Of a stretch of 32,881 nt of DNA, positions 29,359 through 32,881 are shown one piece after another. Numbering within the stretch: position 1 is the stretch's first letter; every line of letters begins with the position of its first letter. The position numbers and the translations under genes are program-made. This DNA comes from a virus (lineage: Duplodnaviria > Heunggongvirae > Uroviricota > Caudoviricetes): IMG/VR virus record IMGVR_UViG_2579778650_000028; one strand, 5' to 3'. The notes beneath the pieces are model-generated. The model ran no database searches, was not told the DNA's origin, and worked only from the letters and a program-made list of their open reading frames with translations.

Positions 29359-30441
29359 ATGGCTTATTCACCACCGACATTATCATCGCTGATTGCCCGT
29401 ACAGAACAGAATATTGAACAGCGCCTGCCGGGTAGCTGGCCTCAGGCCCGTGAAAAAACGCTGAGTGCCATTGCTTATGCTCAGGCGGGCCTTGCTGCCG
29501 GTTGTCACGAGCATATTTCATGGGTTGGACGGCAGATTATCCCGTCGACAGCAGATGAAGATGAGTTGCTGGAGCACTGCCGGTTCTGGGGGGTGCGCCG
29601 CAAACAGGCGACAGCCGCCAGCGGCCCGCTGACTGTCACCACATCGGCAGCGACCACCATTCCTGCCGGTACACGCTGGCAGCGTGCTGATGGTGTGGTT
29701 TACAGCCTGGCTGATGCCATTGTGATTGACCGTGCAGGAACGACGGAAATTACCGTTACCGCACTGGCTGCCGGTGAGGCAGGAAATACCGGTGAGAATA
29801 CCCTTTTAACGTTGATCACCCCGGTTGCCTGTGTTGTTTCCGATGCCATCACTGTAAAAGGGTTTTCCGGTGGAGCTGATATTGAGAGTGCAGCGGAGCT
29901 GCTGTCACGGCTGGAATATCGTGTCCAGTATCCTCCGTTCGGCGGTAATCAGTTTGATTACGTCCGCTGGGCACGTGAAGTCAGCGGCGTTACCCGTGCC
30001 TGGTGTTTTCCGACATGGAAAGGCGGTGGCACAGTCGGGGTGACGTTTGTTATGGATAACCGGAGCAATATTTTTCCACAACCGGCAGACGTGGAACGCG
30101 TGGCGGATTATATCGCCGGTCATACTGACCCGATCACCGGTCTGATTGTCGGACAGCCTGACGGTGTAAATGTCACTGTATTTGCGCCAAAGGCAAAGCC
30201 GGTAAATCCACGGATTTATATATCACCGAAGACAGCCGAACTGAAACAGGCTATTACCCACGCCATTAATACCATGTTTTTTAATGAGGTGACGCCGGGC
30301 GGCGCACTTGCCACCTCCCGTATTATCCGTGCGGTGGCAGGTGTTACCGGTCTGGATGATTTTGAAGTGCGTTTCCCGACAGAGATCCAGCGTTCGGAGA
30401 ATACGGAACTGTTAACACCGGGGACAATTGAATGGCTGTAA
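29359..30441 (+). CDS. W: baseplate wedge protein W (Mu gp47, J-like), 360 aa
   Basis: Starts right after the V stop; size typical of a baseplate J-like protein. Confidence 0.8.
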   Translation: MAYSPPTLSSLIARTEQNIEQRLPGSWPQAREKTLSAIAYAQAGLAAGCHEHISWVGRQIIPSTADEDELLEHCRFWGVRRKQATAASGPLTVTTSAATTIPAGTRWQRADGVVYSLADAIVIDRAGTTEITVTALAAGEAGNTGENTLLTLITPVACVVSDAITVKGFSGGADIESAAELLSRLEYRVQYPPFGGNQFDYVRWAREVSGVTRAWCFPTWKGGGTVGVTFVMDNRSNIFPQPADVERVADYIAGHTDPITGLIVGQPDGVNVTVFAPKAKPVNPRIYISPKTAELKQAITHAINTMFFNEVTPGGALATSRIIRAVAGVTGLDDFEVRFPTEIQRSENTELLTPGTIEWL

Positions 30442-30973
30442 CACCCTATCAGACGGCCTTTCTGCAATTACTGCCGTCAGGGCTTGCCTGGAATAAAAGC
30501 CCCGACAGCAAATTATCTGCGCTGGCGCAGGCCATCAGTGACGTGATTGCCACTGCGGCGGATGATGCGCGGCAAATGCTGCGGGAGCGTTTCCCGTCCA
30601 CATCCCGCTGGTATCTGGGGGAGTGGGAATCATTTCTGGGGTTGCCGGACTGTACAAGCGAAAACGGCACCCTGTCCGAACGCCAGCGGGCTGCCGCGAA
30701 TAAAATGCGTATGACCGGCAATCTGAGTCGGCGCTTTTATGAATGGCTGGCTGCGCAGTACGGTTTTACCGTCAGGCTGACGGATTCCACAGAAAGCCAG
30801 TGGGTTACGCAGGTCAATATTTACGGTATTAAAAATTATCGCAACGCAACGGTGCTGGATAATGTCCTGACGCCGTTACGTGTTTATGAATCGGGTGCGC
30901 TGGAATGTTTACTGGAGAAATATAAACCCGCGCATCAGATTTATAAATTTGTTTACCATGACGGAGATAACTA

Positions 30974-30974
<1 letters not shown>
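30432..30974 (+). CDS. R: baseplate/tail-fibre attachment protein R (Mu gp48), 180 aa
   Basis: Overlaps the W stop; directly precedes the tail-fibre gene. Confidence 0.7.

Positions 30975-32881
<1,907 letters not shown>

Overview
The window is the bulk of a Mu/D108-like transposable prophage read left to right on the + strand, followed by the start of an IS21-family element. The gene order is ner, transposase A, target-DNA activator B, a semi-essential early block of small ORFs including gam, then gemA, mor, a GH108-like muramidase gene, C, and a holin-less lysis cassette (SAR endolysin, overlapping spanins, releasin-like protein). The late region follows in canonical Mu order: D, E (terminase), H (portal), F, G, I (protease/scaffold), T (major head), J, K, L (sheath), M (tube), tape measure, N, P, Q, V, W, R (baseplate) and the tail-fibre gene S. 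S is cut short: a gix-like invertase site at 31470..31495 sits inside it, and the frame stops 28 codons later. Immediately downstream are a complete IS100-like istA and the 5' part of istB, which runs off the window. So an IS appears to have inserted into the invertible G segment. Several calls (Mu identity of B, Gam and the A C-terminus; IS100 identity; gene letters) rest on my recollection of these proteins and need an alignment to confirm. The window starts exactly at the ner start codon, so the repressor, operators and left attachment end are not visible. I found no CRISPR array, tRNA or rRNA. Nothing here is clearly a new system; the best candidates are a minus-strand ORF embedded in the early operon, the uncharacterised small early proteins, and the IS insertion next to gix.
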